From contig JAUNPK010000001.1 of the NCBI GenBank assembly GCA_030536855.1, forward strand, positions 4,965 to 68,964: a DNA stretch of 64,000 nt, given 5' to 3'. Both the position numbers and the translations under genes were made by a program. The stretch is from Eubacteriales bacterium (GTDB lineage Bacteria > Bacillota > Clostridia > Lachnospirales > Lachnospiraceae). Under the pieces are notes generated by a model. The model did not search any database and was not told where the DNA came from. It was given only the letters and a program-made list of their open reading frames with translations. Shown here in pieces: positions 50,903 through 62,388 of the stretch (the stretch's first letter is position 1; each line of letters opens with the position of its first letter).

Positions 50903-52750
50903 TTATACACTTTTCTTACTGTTCTCTATTTTCTCTGCAAGATCGTTTAAATAAACCCACCTGTCCATTTTCTCCTCAAGCGCTTTTTCCTTGTCTTCTT
51001 TTTCCTGCATAAGCTCATTAAGCCTGGAATACTGGGTTGCGCATTCGGCAATCTGAATGTCCAGTTGTTCTATTTCCTTCTCCAGTCTCTCTATATCTTC
51101 ATCTATGGTTTCATACTCTTTTTGCTCCATATACGTGAATTTTATCTTAGCTTCTCTCTGCTTGGTATATGAACCTTTATTAGCATTTTTATACATATCA
51201 TCTGCTGCCTTATTATTATCGAAAGAACTACTTACACTTCCAGAAGAGTCTTTCACATTAAATATAGAAGAAACACATTTTTCTTTATAGTCTGTATACC
51301 CACCTTCATATTGTGAAATATGTCCATTAGATTCAAATGCAAATATTCTATCCACAACTCTGTCCAGAAAATACCGGTCATGAGAGACAGTAATGACAAT
51401 TCCGGCAAATCCATCCAGATAATCCTCCAGAATCTCCAGTGTCTCGATGTCAAGGTCATTGGTAGGCTCGTCCAATATCAAAACATTGGGTGCACTCATA
51501 AGGACGCTTAGGAGATACAATCTTCTCTTCTCACCACCTGAAAGCTTTGAAATCTGTGTCCATTGCTGCTTTGGCGGAAACAAAAATCTTTCGCACATCT
51601 GACTTGCCGTTGCCTTTCCCGTTGCAGTTGTCACATACTCACCAATGCTTCTTACAAACTCCAGAACCGTAAGACTTTCGTCAAGAGGTTCATTTTCCTG
51701 CATAAAATAACCTATCTTTACAGTTTCTCCAATCTCCACGCTTCCTTCATCCGGCTTCACATCCCCGTTAATAATCTTCATAAGTGTGGATTTTCCACAG
51801 CCATTGTTTCCCACAATGCCTATGCGGTCATCTCTAAGGAAAATATATGTAAAATCATCAATGAGAGCTCTCCCCTCATAGCTTTTCTTTATTCCCTTTA
51901 ATTCCACTGTCTTTTTTCCCAGTCTGCTGCTTACGGAATTCATATCCAGAGTGGAATTATCAAATCTTGCCCTTGCCTGTCTTGAAGCTTCCTTCATATC
52001 TTCAAATCTGTCTATACGTGCCTGCTGTTTTGTAGAACGGGCCTGGCAACCCCTTCTTATCCAGGCAAGTTCCGTTCTCAATATATTTTGTCTTTTAGCT
52101 TCTGTTGCCCGTTCCATCTGTTCCCGTTCAGTCTTAAGTTCAAGAAAACCCGAATAATTCGTGCTGTAACTGTACAGTTCTCCTCTGTCAAGTTCAACAA
52201 TCCTGTTGGTTACATTATCCAGAAAATATCTGTCATGAGTAACCATCAGCAATTCTCCTTTAAAGCTCTTAATATACTGTTCAAGCCACAACACCATATC
52301 ACTGTCCAAATGATTTGTAGGCTCATCAAGGATAAGCACTTCTGTGGGCTCCACCAAAGTTTTTGCCAATGCCACTCTTTTTTTCTGCCCTCCCGAAAGC
52401 TTATCCATAAGGATGTCATACTCCGTAATTCCCAGTTTATTAAGAATGCCCTTCGCTTTCGGTTCATTTTCCTGAGATCTTCCCCGAAGAACATATTCCA
52501 GCACATTTTCATTCTTATAATAATCCGGAGACTGGGCAAGATAAGATACCGTTACATCTCTACCCTTAACCACCTGCCCCTTATCTGCCTCTTCAATTCC
52601 GGCGATAATTTTTAAAAGGGTAGACTTACCTGTTCCGTTAACTCCGATTACGCCTATCTTATCACCTTTATTAACCCCTAAAGTAATATCCGTAAACAGT
52701 TCTTTCTCACCAAATGTCTTGCTTACCTTTTCTACATTTAATATATTCAC
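50903..52750 (-). CDS. ABC-F family ATPase (Uup/YfmR-like)
   Basis: Two Walker A motifs (GVNGTGKST, GNNGCGKST); LSGG twice; LDEPTN twice; coiled-coil C-terminus; no TM. Confidence 0.92.
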   Translation of the reverse strand: MNILNVEKVSKTFGEKELFTDITLGVNKGDKIGVIGVNGTGKSTLLKIIAGIEEADKGQVVKGRDVTVSYLAQSPDYYKNENVLEYVLRGRSQENEPKAKGILNKLGITEYDILMDKLSGGQKKRVALAKTLVEPTEVLILDEPTNHLDSDMVLWLEQYIKSFKGELLMVTHDRYFLDNVTNRIVELDRGELYSYSTNYSGFLELKTEREQMERATEAKRQNILRTELAWIRRGCQARSTKQQARIDRFEDMKEASRQARARFDNSTLDMNSVSSRLGKKTVELKGIKKSYEGRALIDDFTYIFLRDDRIGIVGNNGCGKSTLMKIINGDVKPDEGSVEIGETVKIGYFMQENEPLDESLTVLEFVRSIGEYVTTATGKATASQMCERFLFPPKQQWTQISKLSGGEKRRLYLLSVLMSAPNVLILDEPTNDLDIETLEILEDYLDGFAGIVITVSHDRYFLDRVVDRIFAFESNGHISQYEGGYTDYKEKCVSSIFNVKDSSGSVSSSFDNNKAADDMYKNANKGSYTKQREAKIKFTYMEQKEYETIDEDIERLEKEIEQLDIQIAECATQYSRLNELMQEKEDKEKALEEKMDRWVYLNDLAEKIENSKKSV

Positions 52751-52789
52751 CTTAATTTCTCCTGCCCTGCATACATTCTATTAAAGATT

Positions 52790-55018
52790 TTATTTTCCGT
52801 TTTCTTTTTCACCGTCTTCTTCACCATCATTTATATGATATAGAAGCTTCATCTTCTTTGCCAGCTCAGGATTCTCCCCTGCCAGCTTTTCAACATGTTC
52901 TTTTCTGCGCTCCATTATATACCTGTAACCCTCCGGATTATTTTGCTTAAATCTCGCCAGCACCTCATCTCTGTGCTTATGAAGCGTTTTTATAGCCTCA
53001 GGGTTAAGCTTTGCTATTTTCTCTTCAACCTTAAGGCGCCTCTCTTCTATCCGTTTCTCAATCTCTTCAGGGTTATGGTCTTTATACTGAGTCATTGCAA
53101 AAAGACGCATTTCCACCCTCTCAAGAAGTTCATCTTCATCAAATAATCCAATACGTCCCCACTCGCCGCTGTTCTCTGCATGAAGGATAATATCCTCCGT
53201 TGTCTCATTGCTTTTGGAAATATCATCCACCACTCTTACAGCAGCCTTCTCAAGCCACTCATCTGCATCTTTGCCAAATGCCCACTCAATTTCCGCCAAA
53301 CGTTCATTATCCTCGATGAATTCCTTCGTATCTTCTTCGGAAACAGTCTCCCCTACAAGTGGATAAGGTCTCATGACTCCTGCATCTCTAAGAGCCAAAG
53401 AAATAGTTCTTCTCGTAACTCCTTCCTCCACAAGACTTCCGGCTCCCAATGTTCTAAGCTGATCATTAACATTTCCAACATGCTCTGTTATATAAAATTT
53501 GATATTTTTCTCCTTTAACATTTTGTTAAAAGTTAAAAGTCTGTCAGCCGCAGTTATATCAATGCTTCCTATTCCGCTGGCATCCACAATAACCTGTCTG
53601 GTATCAGGCTGTATTGCATCTTCAATTTCCTTCTGGAACGTAGCTATATTTGCAAAAAACAGCGTTCCGCTGAATCTGTAAATTATGGTATGTTCAATCT
53701 CCCTCGCATTTCTATTTCTTTTAATATTGTAAAATCCTTCATGTCCCGGAATAACTCCCAAAAATGTTGTGGGAGGAACCACCGCTCTTATAATTACAGC
53801 AATAAAAGACAGTACAATTCCAATTACAACTCCATATATGGTTCCCAGCAACAGCACGCCAAACATAGCTGCCATAAATATAAAAAACTCTGTGCGGTTA
53901 ACCTTCCAAAGCTTGGCAGCCAACTTATTTTCTATAATACCAATAAGGGCAGCAATAACTATTCCTGTAAGAACCGGAACCGGAAGATACTGAAGCAGAG
54001 GTGTTCCAAACAACACTACCAAAAGCATAGTTAATGCAGCTGTAATTGACATAATCTGTGATTTGCATCCAAACTGGTCTGCTATTCCAGTCCTTGAAAC
54101 GCTTCCGTTAAGCGGGCAGCATCCCATAAAAGCTGATGCTACATTTGACACAGAATATGCAAATACCTCACGGTTGTTGTTAACCTTATACCCGTATCTG
54201 TTGGCATAATTATTGGTAGCAAGTAAGGTCTGTGCCATAATTACCAGGGCCACGGTAAGTCCCAAAATAATGATTTCTTCTGTGTCATTTTTAAGAAGAG
54301 TTAAATCAGGCACAACAAACTTCGGCAGTCCCGCTTCCACCTTGGGTAGCAACTTTACACCATACCTGTCAATATGAAATATTGCTGTGGATAAAGCTCC
54401 CGCTCCCATAAGGATAACTGACATAGGGAATTTAGGTGATATTTTCTTTGAGATAAGAATGATGACAACTGTAGCTATTCCCAATACTGCCGACAAAATA
54501 TTAAAGCTGTCAAATTCCAGTATTATATGTACCAAAAGTTCAAACAGTTCTCCCGTCCCCGGATTTCCTCCAAACAGTTTAGGAACCTGCATAAGAATAA
54601 TGGTAATTCCTATTCCGCTTATAAATCCACCCATAACAGGTGTAGATATATAATTAACTATGCGTCCTGCTTTCACCACACTAAACAACAGCAGCCACGC
54701 TGCCACCACAAGAGTGATAACAGGCACCAGTTCCATGGCTTCCCGGGAGCCACCCACAATACCAAGAGAGGCAAGTGTTCCTCCCACCAATACTGCAGGG
54801 GTAGCATCAACGCCAAACACAAACTGAGGTGACGATGTTATCAAACCATATATTAATACAGGAAGCAGCGATCCATAAAGACCATATACCACCGGCAGTC
54901 CTGCAAGGCTTGCATATCCCATGGATATGGGAATAGAAACCAACGCCACAATAATTCCGGCTAAAATATCGTTTTTTATGTTCTTTTTATCCATGTGTTT
55001 TTTTAACGTATTCTCCAC
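52790..55018 (-). CDS. SulP-family anion transporter with STAS domain and C-terminal extension
   Basis: PISMGYASLAGLP..YGLYG; GSVSRT; LFFAN; IDITAA. Confidence 0.92.
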   Translation of the reverse strand: MENTLKKHMDKKNIKNDILAGIIVALVSIPISMGYASLAGLPVVYGLYGSLLPVLIYGLITSSPQFVFGVDATPAVLVGGTLASLGIVGGSREAMELVPVITLVVAAWLLLFSVVKAGRIVNYISTPVMGGFISGIGITIILMQVPKLFGGNPGTGELFELLVHIILEFDSFNILSAVLGIATVVIILISKKISPKFPMSVILMGAGALSTAIFHIDRYGVKLLPKVEAGLPKFVVPDLTLLKNDTEEIIILGLTVALVIMAQTLLATNNYANRYGYKVNNNREVFAYSVSNVASAFMGCCPLNGSVSRTGIADQFGCKSQIMSITAALTMLLVVLFGTPLLQYLPVPVLTGIVIAALIGIIENKLAAKLWKVNRTEFFIFMAAMFGVLLLGTIYGVVIGIVLSFIAVIIRAVVPPTTFLGVIPGHEGFYNIKRNRNAREIEHTIIYRFSGTLFFANIATFQKEIEDAIQPDTRQVIVDASGIGSIDITAADRLLTFNKMLKEKNIKFYITEHVGNVNDQLRTLGAGSLVEEGVTRRTISLALRDAGVMRPYPLVGETVSEEDTKEFIEDNERLAEIEWAFGKDADEWLEKAAVRVVDDISKSNETTEDIILHAENSGEWGRIGLFDEDELLERVEMRLFAMTQYKDHNPEEIEKRIEERRLKVEEKIAKLNPEAIKTLHKHRDEVLARFKQNNPEGYRYIMERRKEHVEKLAGENPELAKKMKLLYHINDGEEDGEKENGK

Positions 55019-55189
55019 CCTGATTCCTCCAAGCAGTCCTTATAACTTTTTATATTCCTTATGTTACATTAACAACGGGTTTATTTCAATTAAATGAAAA
55101 TTAACTATTTACATTTATTCAAATATATTGCCCCAAACTGCAATAATGTTATATACTGATATAAACATTGGTTTGAAAGGATAATATAT

Positions 55190-56086
55190 ATGTTTATTGC
55201 AGATAACTGGAAAGACTATGAAGTTATAGATACATCCAAAGGCGAAAAGCTGGAAAGATGGGGAGATTATATTCTTGTAAGACCTGATCCTCAGGTAATA
55301 TGGGATACTCCTAAAACAGACAGCAGATGGAAACACATGAACGGGCATTACCACAGAAGTTCTAAAGGAGGCGGCGAATGGGAATTCTTTAATCTTCCCC
55401 AAGCTTGGACAATCAATTATTCCTGCCCCTCTTTTGAGACTCCTCTTACCTTCAATCTGAAGCCCTTTAGTTTCAAACATACCGGAATCTTCCCGGAACA
55501 GGCCGCCAATTGGGACTGGTTTTCTGAGCTCATCGTTAAGGCAAAGCATAATCAGCCTGAAAGGCAGATAAAAGTTCTCAATCTTTTTGCTTATACAGGA
55601 GGTGCGACTCTTGCCTGCGCTGCTGCAGGAGCACATGTTACCCATGTGGATGCATCCAAAGGCATTGTAGCCTGGGCAAAAGAAAATGCTGTTTCTTCCG
55701 GACTTATTGACAAACCAATAAGATGGATTGTTGACGACTGTGTAAAGTTTGTTGAACGTGAAATCCGTCGCCAAAATCATTACGATGCAATTATTATGGA
55801 CCCTCCTTCCTACGGAAGAGGTCCTAAAGGTGAAATTTGGAAAATCGAAGATTCCATTTATCCTTTAATCAAATTATGTGCACAATTACTCAGCGAAAAG
55901 CCTTTATTCTTTCTTATAAATTCATATACCACAGGATTGCAGCCTGCAGTTCTTACGTATATGCTGAGCACTGAGTTGAAACGTTTTGACGGATACTGTG
56001 ATTCCAATGAAGTGGGACTCCCTGTAGTATCCAATGGTCTTGTACTTCCTTGCGGTGCATCCGGAAGATGGATAGGAGAAAAATGA
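55190..56086 (+). CDS. Class I SAM-dependent methyltransferase (RlmI/YwbD-like)
   Basis: KHTGIFPEQ; VLNLFAYTGG; HVDAS; IMDPPSYG. Confidence 0.88.
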   Translation: MFIADNWKDYEVIDTSKGEKLERWGDYILVRPDPQVIWDTPKTDSRWKHMNGHYHRSSKGGGEWEFFNLPQAWTINYSCPSFETPLTFNLKPFSFKHTGIFPEQAANWDWFSELIVKAKHNQPERQIKVLNLFAYTGGATLACAAAGAHVTHVDASKGIVAWAKENAVSSGLIDKPIRWIVDDCVKFVEREIRRQNHYDAIIMDPPSYGRGPKGEIWKIEDSIYPLIKLCAQLLSEKPLFFLINSYTTGLQPAVLTYMLSTELKRFDGYCDSNEVGLPVVSNGLVLPCGASGRWIGEK

Positions 56087-57747
56087 CAAATAAACACAAA
56101 CATTTGGAAACCTTTGTAAAATGGGCCTATGCTCTTGGAATACTTATATGTATTGTAATTTCCATCTATATGTGGCTATTCATTAAAAATGACATTTATG
56201 AAACGAGACCTCATGACGCTTATTCCATTATCAGGGATTACAAATGCATAGAGGTTGATGATCCGGAATCGCCTGCCGGAAGCCACATGGAAACTCTGTT
56301 TTCCATAAACTACATAGGTCAGACTAATTCCTGTCTTGTATTTTACACAAGACATCAGGGTGTTGAAGTATTTATTGAAGACAAATTGGTATACTCAATG
56401 AATTCAAGTCCTGACAACGCATTTTCTAAAACAGAAGGAAATACCTGGAATTATATTATGCTTACCCCTGAGGACTCAGGAAAGAAAATAAGGATTGTTT
56501 ATCATCCGGCATATAAAAACTCCAATCAAATTGTAGATGAATATTACTTTGGTTCAAAACTTGACATTTTCAAGTATTTGATTATGTGCAATTTTTTTCC
56601 TTTTTCTTTGGCTCTGATTACTGTATTTATAGGTATTTTCTTTTTTGGATTTACACTTATTAATTACAACAACAAGCATTTTGACAGAAGTTTGATGATG
56701 ATGGGTATATTCTCCATATGCATAGGTGCATGGAAAATCGCTGATTTGCCAACCACAAGCATTCTTATACCTGCCAGCACAGCTTTAGCTTATGTTCCTT
56801 ATTTTGCGCTGTTGCTTTCAGCAATCTCTTTTGTTCTTTACATAAAAGAGAAGTTTACCGAGAAGAACAATATTATTTGGTACCTGCCGTGCTTATTCAG
56901 CATTGTATCAATTTTTTTAAACATCATACTTCAGCTTACAAATGTATATGATATGCGTCAGTTACTTAAATTGACACATCTATCCATGTTTTTCGTAATG
57001 GTTTCTTCTGTGATTATGATAATCAGAGAGGCTAAGCTGTATGGTATAAGCAAAAAGATGAGAAGAACATTTATATGCATCCTGCTTTGCCTTGCAGGCT
57101 TTGTTGCGGATGTGATTCTTTACTATAATTCTAACGGCATACAAAAAGCCGTTGTGGGAATAATCAGTTTTCTTATTTATATCCTTGTACAGGGAATAGA
57201 TACAATCAAGGAAACAAAAAAACTTATGGCCATAGGCAGTCAGGCAAAAAAACTTGAAGAAATAGCATACCATGACCAGTTAACAGGCCTATACAACAGA
57301 ACCGCCTACGCAGAAACAATAAAAAGCGATACATTTTCTCCTGATAATTATGGCATTATCATGGTAGATCTCAATAATTTAAAGACCTGTAACGACACTT
57401 TAGGTCACGAGATGGGTGACAAATATATTGCAGACAGCACCAAAATTATTAAAGATATATTCGGAGAATATGGAAGCTGTTACAGAATGGGTGGAGATGA
57501 ATTTTGTATTCTCACAAATAAATTAGACAGAGATGATATCCGTGAGCTTATATCCAAAGTTAACGACGCCTGTGATGCATATAACAAGGCTAATCCGGAT
57601 ATTTACCCTATGGATATTGCATGCGGTTATGCCTTTTATGACCAGCTTCTTGATTATGATATTGGAGACACTCTTAGACGTGCTGATAAATTTATGTATG
57701 AGAACAAGCTTTATATAAAAATGCAGAAGGGAGAACTTCCTCGCTAA
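56083..57747 (+). CDS. Membrane diguanylate cyclase with 7TM-DISM-like input
   Basis: HDQLTGLYNR, DLNNLKTCND..GH..GD, intact RMGGDEF. Confidence 0.9.
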   Translation: MTNKHKHLETFVKWAYALGILICIVISIYMWLFIKNDIYETRPHDAYSIIRDYKCIEVDDPESPAGSHMETLFSINYIGQTNSCLVFYTRHQGVEVFIEDKLVYSMNSSPDNAFSKTEGNTWNYIMLTPEDSGKKIRIVYHPAYKNSNQIVDEYYFGSKLDIFKYLIMCNFFPFSLALITVFIGIFFFGFTLINYNNKHFDRSLMMMGIFSICIGAWKIADLPTTSILIPASTALAYVPYFALLLSAISFVLYIKEKFTEKNNIIWYLPCLFSIVSIFLNIILQLTNVYDMRQLLKLTHLSMFFVMVSSVIMIIREAKLYGISKKMRRTFICILLCLAGFVADVILYYNSNGIQKAVVGIISFLIYILVQGIDTIKETKKLMAIGSQAKKLEEIAYHDQLTGLYNRTAYAETIKSDTFSPDNYGIIMVDLNNLKTCNDTLGHEMGDKYIADSTKIIKDIFGEYGSCYRMGGDEFCILTNKLDRDDIRELISKVNDACDAYNKANPDIYPMDIACGYAFYDQLLDYDIGDTLRRADKFMYENKLYIKMQKGELPR

Positions 57748-57835
57748 CCAGCATTATGGCGGGATATATACCTTGCCTATAAGACAAAACAAGCTGCTCA
57801 CCAATTATTTATTTGATTGTCACGCAACCAAAAAC

Positions 57836-57873
57836 GAGCCAAGAAACGCCGTAAATTCGGCATTTCTTGGCTC
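57836..57873. terminator. Hairpin, probable terminator downstream of the GGDEF gene
   Basis: GAGCCAAGAAA/TTTCTTGGCTC 11-bp IR with inner GCCG/CGGC. Confidence 0.6.
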
Positions 57874-57917
57874 ATGTTCGTTATTCAAACTCAATAATGA
57901 CATCCTATAACTCTCGT

Positions 57918-58061
57918 AAATGCTTCGCATTACTTTCGTACAGTGCGAGCCTGACTCCGTCAGTCTCTACGCGCTATCGCACTCTATGAGAATAAATATA
58001 AAAGACCTCAGTTACGAGCAAGCTCGCACTGAGGTCTTTTATATTTATTCTCGCACTGTAC
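57918..58061. repeat. Nested palindromic element directly 3' of tuf
   Basis: 25-bp perfect IR 57988-58012/58028-58052; 12-bp IR 57938-57949/58050-58061; small hairpins. Confidence 0.8.
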
Positions 58062-58074
58062 TCTTAGTACGCGA

Positions 58075-59268
58075 TTATTCAATAATTGTAGCAACAGCAC
58101 CTGAACCTACTGTACGTCCACCTTCTCTGATAGCGAAACGAAGACCCTGCTCCATAGCTACGTTGTGGATAAGCTCAACTGTCATCTCTACGTTATCACC
58201 AGGCATGCACATTTCTGTACCTGCAGGAAGCTCACAAACACCAGTAACATCAGTTGTTCTGAAGTAGAACTGTGGTCTGTAGTTGTTGAAGAATGGAGTA
58301 TGACGTCCACCTTCGTCCTTTGTTAATACGTAAACCTGAGCTGTAAACTTATGATGTGGTGTGATTGAACCTGGCTTACAAAGAACCTGACCTCTCTGGA
58401 TCTCGTCTCTCTGAACACCTCTAAGAAGAGCACCAATGTTATCACCAGGCATAGCCTCGTCAAGGAGCTTTCTGAACATCTCGATACCAGTTACAACAAC
58501 CTTACGGATATCTTCATGGATACCAACGATTTCAACTTCCTCGTTAACCTTAAGTACACCTCTCTCTACTCTACCAGTAGCAACTGTACCACGACCTGTG
58601 ATAGAGAATACATCCTCTACAGGCATAAGGAATGGCTTATCTGTATCTCTCTGTGGATCTGGAACATACTCATCAATTGTATGCATAAGCTCAAGGATCT
58701 TATCACCCCATTCGCTGTTAGGATCTTCAAGAGCCTTAAGAGCTGAACCCTGGATAATTGGTGTATCATCACCTGGGAACTCATATTCGTTAAGAAGTTC
58801 TCTGATTTCCATATCAACTAATTCAAGAAGTTCTGGATCATCAACCATATCACACTTGTTCATAAATACTACAATATATGGAACACCTACCTGACGAGCA
58901 AGAAGGATATGCTCTCTTGTCTGAGCCATAACACCATCAGTAGCAGCAACAACGAGGATACCAGCATCCATCTGAGCAGCACCTGTAATCATGTTCTTTA
59001 CATAATCAGCATGGCCTGGACAGTCAACGTGAGCATAATGTCTCTTCTCTGTCTCGTACTCAACGTGAGCAGTAGAAATTGTGATACCTCTTTCTCTTTC
59101 CTCTGGAGCCTTATCGATATTTTCGAATGCAACAGCCTCACCTGTACCAAGTCTCTCATGAAGAGTCTTTGTAATAGCAGCTGTTAATGTAGTCTTACCG
59201 TGATCTACGTGTCCAATTGTACCAATGTTGCAATGTGGTTTTGTTCTTTCAAATTTAGCCTTTGCCAT
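58075..59268 (-). CDS. tuf: Elongation factor Tu
   Basis: GHVDHGKTT; [12 protein letters not shown]; NKCD; [11 protein letters not shown]. Confidence 0.99.
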   Translation of the reverse strand: MAKAKFERTKPHCNIGTIGHVDHGKTTLTAAITKTLHERLGTGEAVAFENIDKAPEERERGITISTAHVEYETEKRHYAHVDCPGHADYVKNMITGAAQMDAGILVVAATDGVMAQTREHILLARQVGVPYIVVFMNKCDMVDDPELLELVDMEIRELLNEYEFPGDDTPIIQGSALKALEDPNSEWGDKILELMHTIDEYVPDPQRDTDKPFLMPVEDVFSITGRGTVATGRVERGVLKVNEEVEIVGIHEDIRKVVVTGIEMFRKLLDEAMPGDNIGALLRGVQRDEIQRGQVLCKPGSITPHHKFTAQVYVLTKDEGGRHTPFFNNYRPQFYFRTTDVTGVCELPAGTEMCMPGDNVEMTVELIHNVAMEQGLRFAIREGGRTVGSGAVATIIE

Positions 59269-59336
59269 TGTTTAAAATCCTCCTAAATATGATAAATAGA
59301 ATTATTACCCTTTTCGGGTTTTCATAGCTGATATCT

Positions 59337-59365
59337 ATTATATAAAACTTTATAATTTTTTTCAA
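59337..59365 (-). promoter_or_regulatory. Internal sigma-A promoter of tuf
   Basis: TTGAAA-17-TATAAT. Confidence 0.75.
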
Positions 59366-59381
59366 CTATAAATTTATTAAC

Positions 59382-59421
59382 ATGCCATACAGAATGCATA
59401 AACTACATTCTGTATAGCATA
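59382..59421 (-). terminator. Hairpin after fusA
   Basis: ATACAGAATG/CATTCTGTAT 10-bp IR with flanking ATGC/GCAT. Confidence 0.6.
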
Positions 59422-59437
59422 TTTTTAACTTTATTGA

Positions 59438-61603
59438 TTACTTGCCTGACTTAGCAGCAATAACCTTATCCTGAACTGACTTTGGAGCCTGCTCATACTT
59501 ATCAAAGAACATAGAGTAGTTACCACGACCCTGTGTTTTAGAACGAAGGTCTGTAGCATATCCGAACATCTCTGAAAGTGGAACGAAAGCCTTAACCATC
59601 TTACCACCACTGATGTCTTCCATACCTTCAATACGACCTCTACGAGAGTTGATATCACCGATAACATCACCCATATATTCTTCCGGCATAGTAACTTCAA
59701 CCTTCATGATTGGTTCAAGAAGAGCTGGAGCTGCCTTAGCCATAGCATCCTTGAATGCCATAGAACCAGCAATATGGAATGCCATTTCTGATGAATCGAC
59801 TTCATGGTAAGAACCATCATAGATATCTGCTCTAAGTCCAAGAACCGGGAATCCAGCTAAGATACCTGAATTAGCAGCTTCTCTGATACCATCTGCAACT
59901 GAAGGGATGTATTCCTTAGGAATAGCACCACCAACTACTGAAGACTCACAGAAAAGTACCGGAGGCTCATTAATTAATACTGTATTCTTTGTCTCAACAT
60001 CAAACTTATCAACGTTAGCTTCAAGTGGAGAGAAACGTACTTTACAGTGACCATACTGTCCACGTCCACCTGACTGCTTAGCATACTTACTATCAATATC
60101 AACAGACTTAGTAAAGCACTCTCTGTAAGCAACCTGAGGAGCACCAACATTAGCCTCTACCTTGAATTCACGAAGAAGTCTGTCAACGATGATATCAAGG
60201 TGAAGTTCACCCATACCAGCGATAATTGTCTGGCCTGTTTCCTGATCTGTATGAGCACGGAATGTAGGATCTTCTTCAGCAAGCTTTGCTAAAGCTTCAC
60301 CCATCTTACCTTGGTCATTCTTTGTCTTAGGCTCGATAGCAAGCTCGATAACTGGCTCTGGGAATTCCATAGACTCTAAGATTACCGGATGCTGCTCATC
60401 ACAGATAGTATCACCTGTAACTGTAACCTTAAGACCTACTGCTGCAGCAATATCTCCTGAGTAAACCTTGTCTATTTCATTTCTCTGGTTAGCGTGCATC
60501 TGAAGGATACGGCCAACTCTTTCTTTTTTATTCTTATTAGAGTTAAGTACATATGAGCCACCATTTAATGTACCTGAATAAACTCTAAAGAATGCTAACT
60601 TTCCAACGAATGGATCTGTCATAATCTTGAATGCAAGAGCTGAGAACGGCTCATCATCTGATGACCTTCTTGTTACTTCATTGCCATCTTCATCAATACC
60701 TGTGATATCAGGGATATCTGTAGGAGCTGGCATGTACTCGATAACTGCATCCAAAAGCTTCTGAACACCCTTGTTCTTATAAGCTGTACCGCAAAGACAA
60801 GGAATAGCTTCACCTGAGATAGTACCTTTTCTTAAAGCAGCCTTTAACTCTGGAACTGTAATTTCCTCATCATTAAAGAACTTCTCCATAAGATCTTCAT
60901 CAAGTTCAGCACACTGCTCAACAAGCTTATCGTGATATTCCTGAGCCTGATCCTTTAAATCATCAGGAATCTCACCAACGCTGATATCATCTCCCTTATC
61001 TCCGTTGAAGACATACGCCTTCATCTCAAATAAGTCAACAATACCTGCAAATGAATCTTCCTTACCAATAGGAATCTGTACAAGTACAGGATTCTTTCCA
61101 AGCTTAGTAATAAGCTGTTTGCATGATCCGAAGAAGTCAGCACCCATCTTATCCATCTTGTTCATAAATGCCATACGTGGTACGTTATACTTATCAGCCT
61201 GACGCCATACGTTCTCTGACTGTGGCTCAACACCGTTCTGTGCATCAAATACACCTACAGCACCATCAAGTACTCTAAGGGAACGCTCAACTTCTACTGT
61301 AAAGTCAACGTGTCCTGGAGTATCGATAATGTTAATACGATATTCTGGCTGTGTCTTATCTGGCTTACCCTCTTTTTCAGGTGTCCAGTGACATGTTGTA
61401 GCAGCTGAAGTGATTGTGATACCTCTCTCCTGCTCCTGAGCCATCCAGTCCATAGTAGCAGTACCTTCATGAGTATCACCAATCTTGTGATTAACACCAG
61501 TATAATAAAGGATACGCTCTGTTAATGTTGTCTTACCAGCATCAATATGAGCCATAATTCCGATATTTCTGGTTCTCTCCAATGGATATTCTCTTCCAGC
61601 CAT
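59438..61603 (-). CDS. fusA: Elongation factor G
   Basis: AHIDAGKTT; DTPGHVDF; GMGELHL; GGRGQYGH; SYHEVDSSE. Confidence 0.99.
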   Translation of the reverse strand: MAGREYPLERTRNIGIMAHIDAGKTTLTERILYYTGVNHKIGDTHEGTATMDWMAQEQERGITITSAATTCHWTPEKEGKPDKTQPEYRINIIDTPGHVDFTVEVERSLRVLDGAVGVFDAQNGVEPQSENVWRQADKYNVPRMAFMNKMDKMGADFFGSCKQLITKLGKNPVLVQIPIGKEDSFAGIVDLFEMKAYVFNGDKGDDISVGEIPDDLKDQAQEYHDKLVEQCAELDEDLMEKFFNDEEITVPELKAALRKGTISGEAIPCLCGTAYKNKGVQKLLDAVIEYMPAPTDIPDITGIDEDGNEVTRRSSDDEPFSALAFKIMTDPFVGKLAFFRVYSGTLNGGSYVLNSNKNKKERVGRILQMHANQRNEIDKVYSGDIAAAVGLKVTVTGDTICDEQHPVILESMEFPEPVIELAIEPKTKNDQGKMGEALAKLAEEDPTFRAHTDQETGQTIIAGMGELHLDIIVDRLLREFKVEANVGAPQVAYRECFTKSVDIDSKYAKQSGGRGQYGHCKVRFSPLEANVDKFDVETKNTVLINEPPVLFCESSVVGGAIPKEYIPSVADGIREAANSGILAGFPVLGLRADIYDGSYHEVDSSEMAFHIAGSMAFKDAMAKAAPALLEPIMKVEVTMPEEYMGDVIGDINSRRGRIEGMEDISGGKMVKAFVPLSEMFGYATDLRSKTQGRGNYSMFFDKYEQAPKSVQDKVIAAKSGK

Positions 61604-61627
61604 GGATAAAACCTCCTATAATTATTA

Positions 61628-62098
61628 TTAGAATCTGTAATGAGCAAAAGCCTTGTTTGCCTCTGCCATCTTGTGCATATCTTCTTTTCTCTTTACTGAT
61701 GCACCTGTGTTGTTAGCTGCATCAAGAATTTCATTTGCGAGTCTTTCTTCCATAGTCTTCTCGCCTCTAGCTCTTGAAAATGTTGTCATCCAACGAAGAG
61801 CTAATGCCTGTCTTCTATCAGGCTTTACCTCGATAGGTACCTGATAAGTTGCACCACCGATACGTCTTGCTTTTACTTCGAGTACTGGCATGATGTTGTT
61901 CATAGCCTCTTCGAATACTTCAATAGCAGGTCTTTCAGTCTTAGCTGCAACTCTTTCAAATGCTCCGTATACAATCTTCTGAGCTACTCCTCTCTTACCA
62001 TCAAGCATAATGTTGTTGATAAGCTTAGTAACCACCTTGTTATTGTAAATAGGATCTGCTAATACTTCTCTTTTTTGAGTATGTCCTTTACGTGGCAC
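61628..62098 (-). CDS. rpsG: 30S ribosomal protein S7
   Basis: MPRKG; GGATYQVP; [15 protein letters not shown]. Confidence 0.99.
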   Translation of the reverse strand: MPRKGHTQKREVLADPIYNNKVVTKLINNIMLDGKRGVAQKIVYGAFERVAAKTERPAIEVFEEAMNNIMPVLEVKARRIGGATYQVPIEVKPDRRQALALRWMTTFSRARGEKTMEERLANEILDAANNTGASVKRKEDMHKMAEANKAFAHYRF

Positions 62099-62388
62099 GG
62101 TTCTTCCCTCCTTAACATTGTTTTGTTGTTCTCATTTTGCTTTAAAAATTCCATACAACATACAAATCTTCAAAGTCATGTGATAAACAACTTCATTAAT
62201 TCATAGGTACTCACAAATTAAATTGTGTTCGGGCCGTTTATATTAAACCTGCAACCTTCGGATTAATCTAACTCCGGCACTTTATTAATTTAATTGTTCG
62301 TAAATTATTTGTTGCAATAATTTGCAAATCTTATGATTTACCATGTAAATCACCAATCGTTAATTTAACTTAAGCCTTTAAGCTTTAA

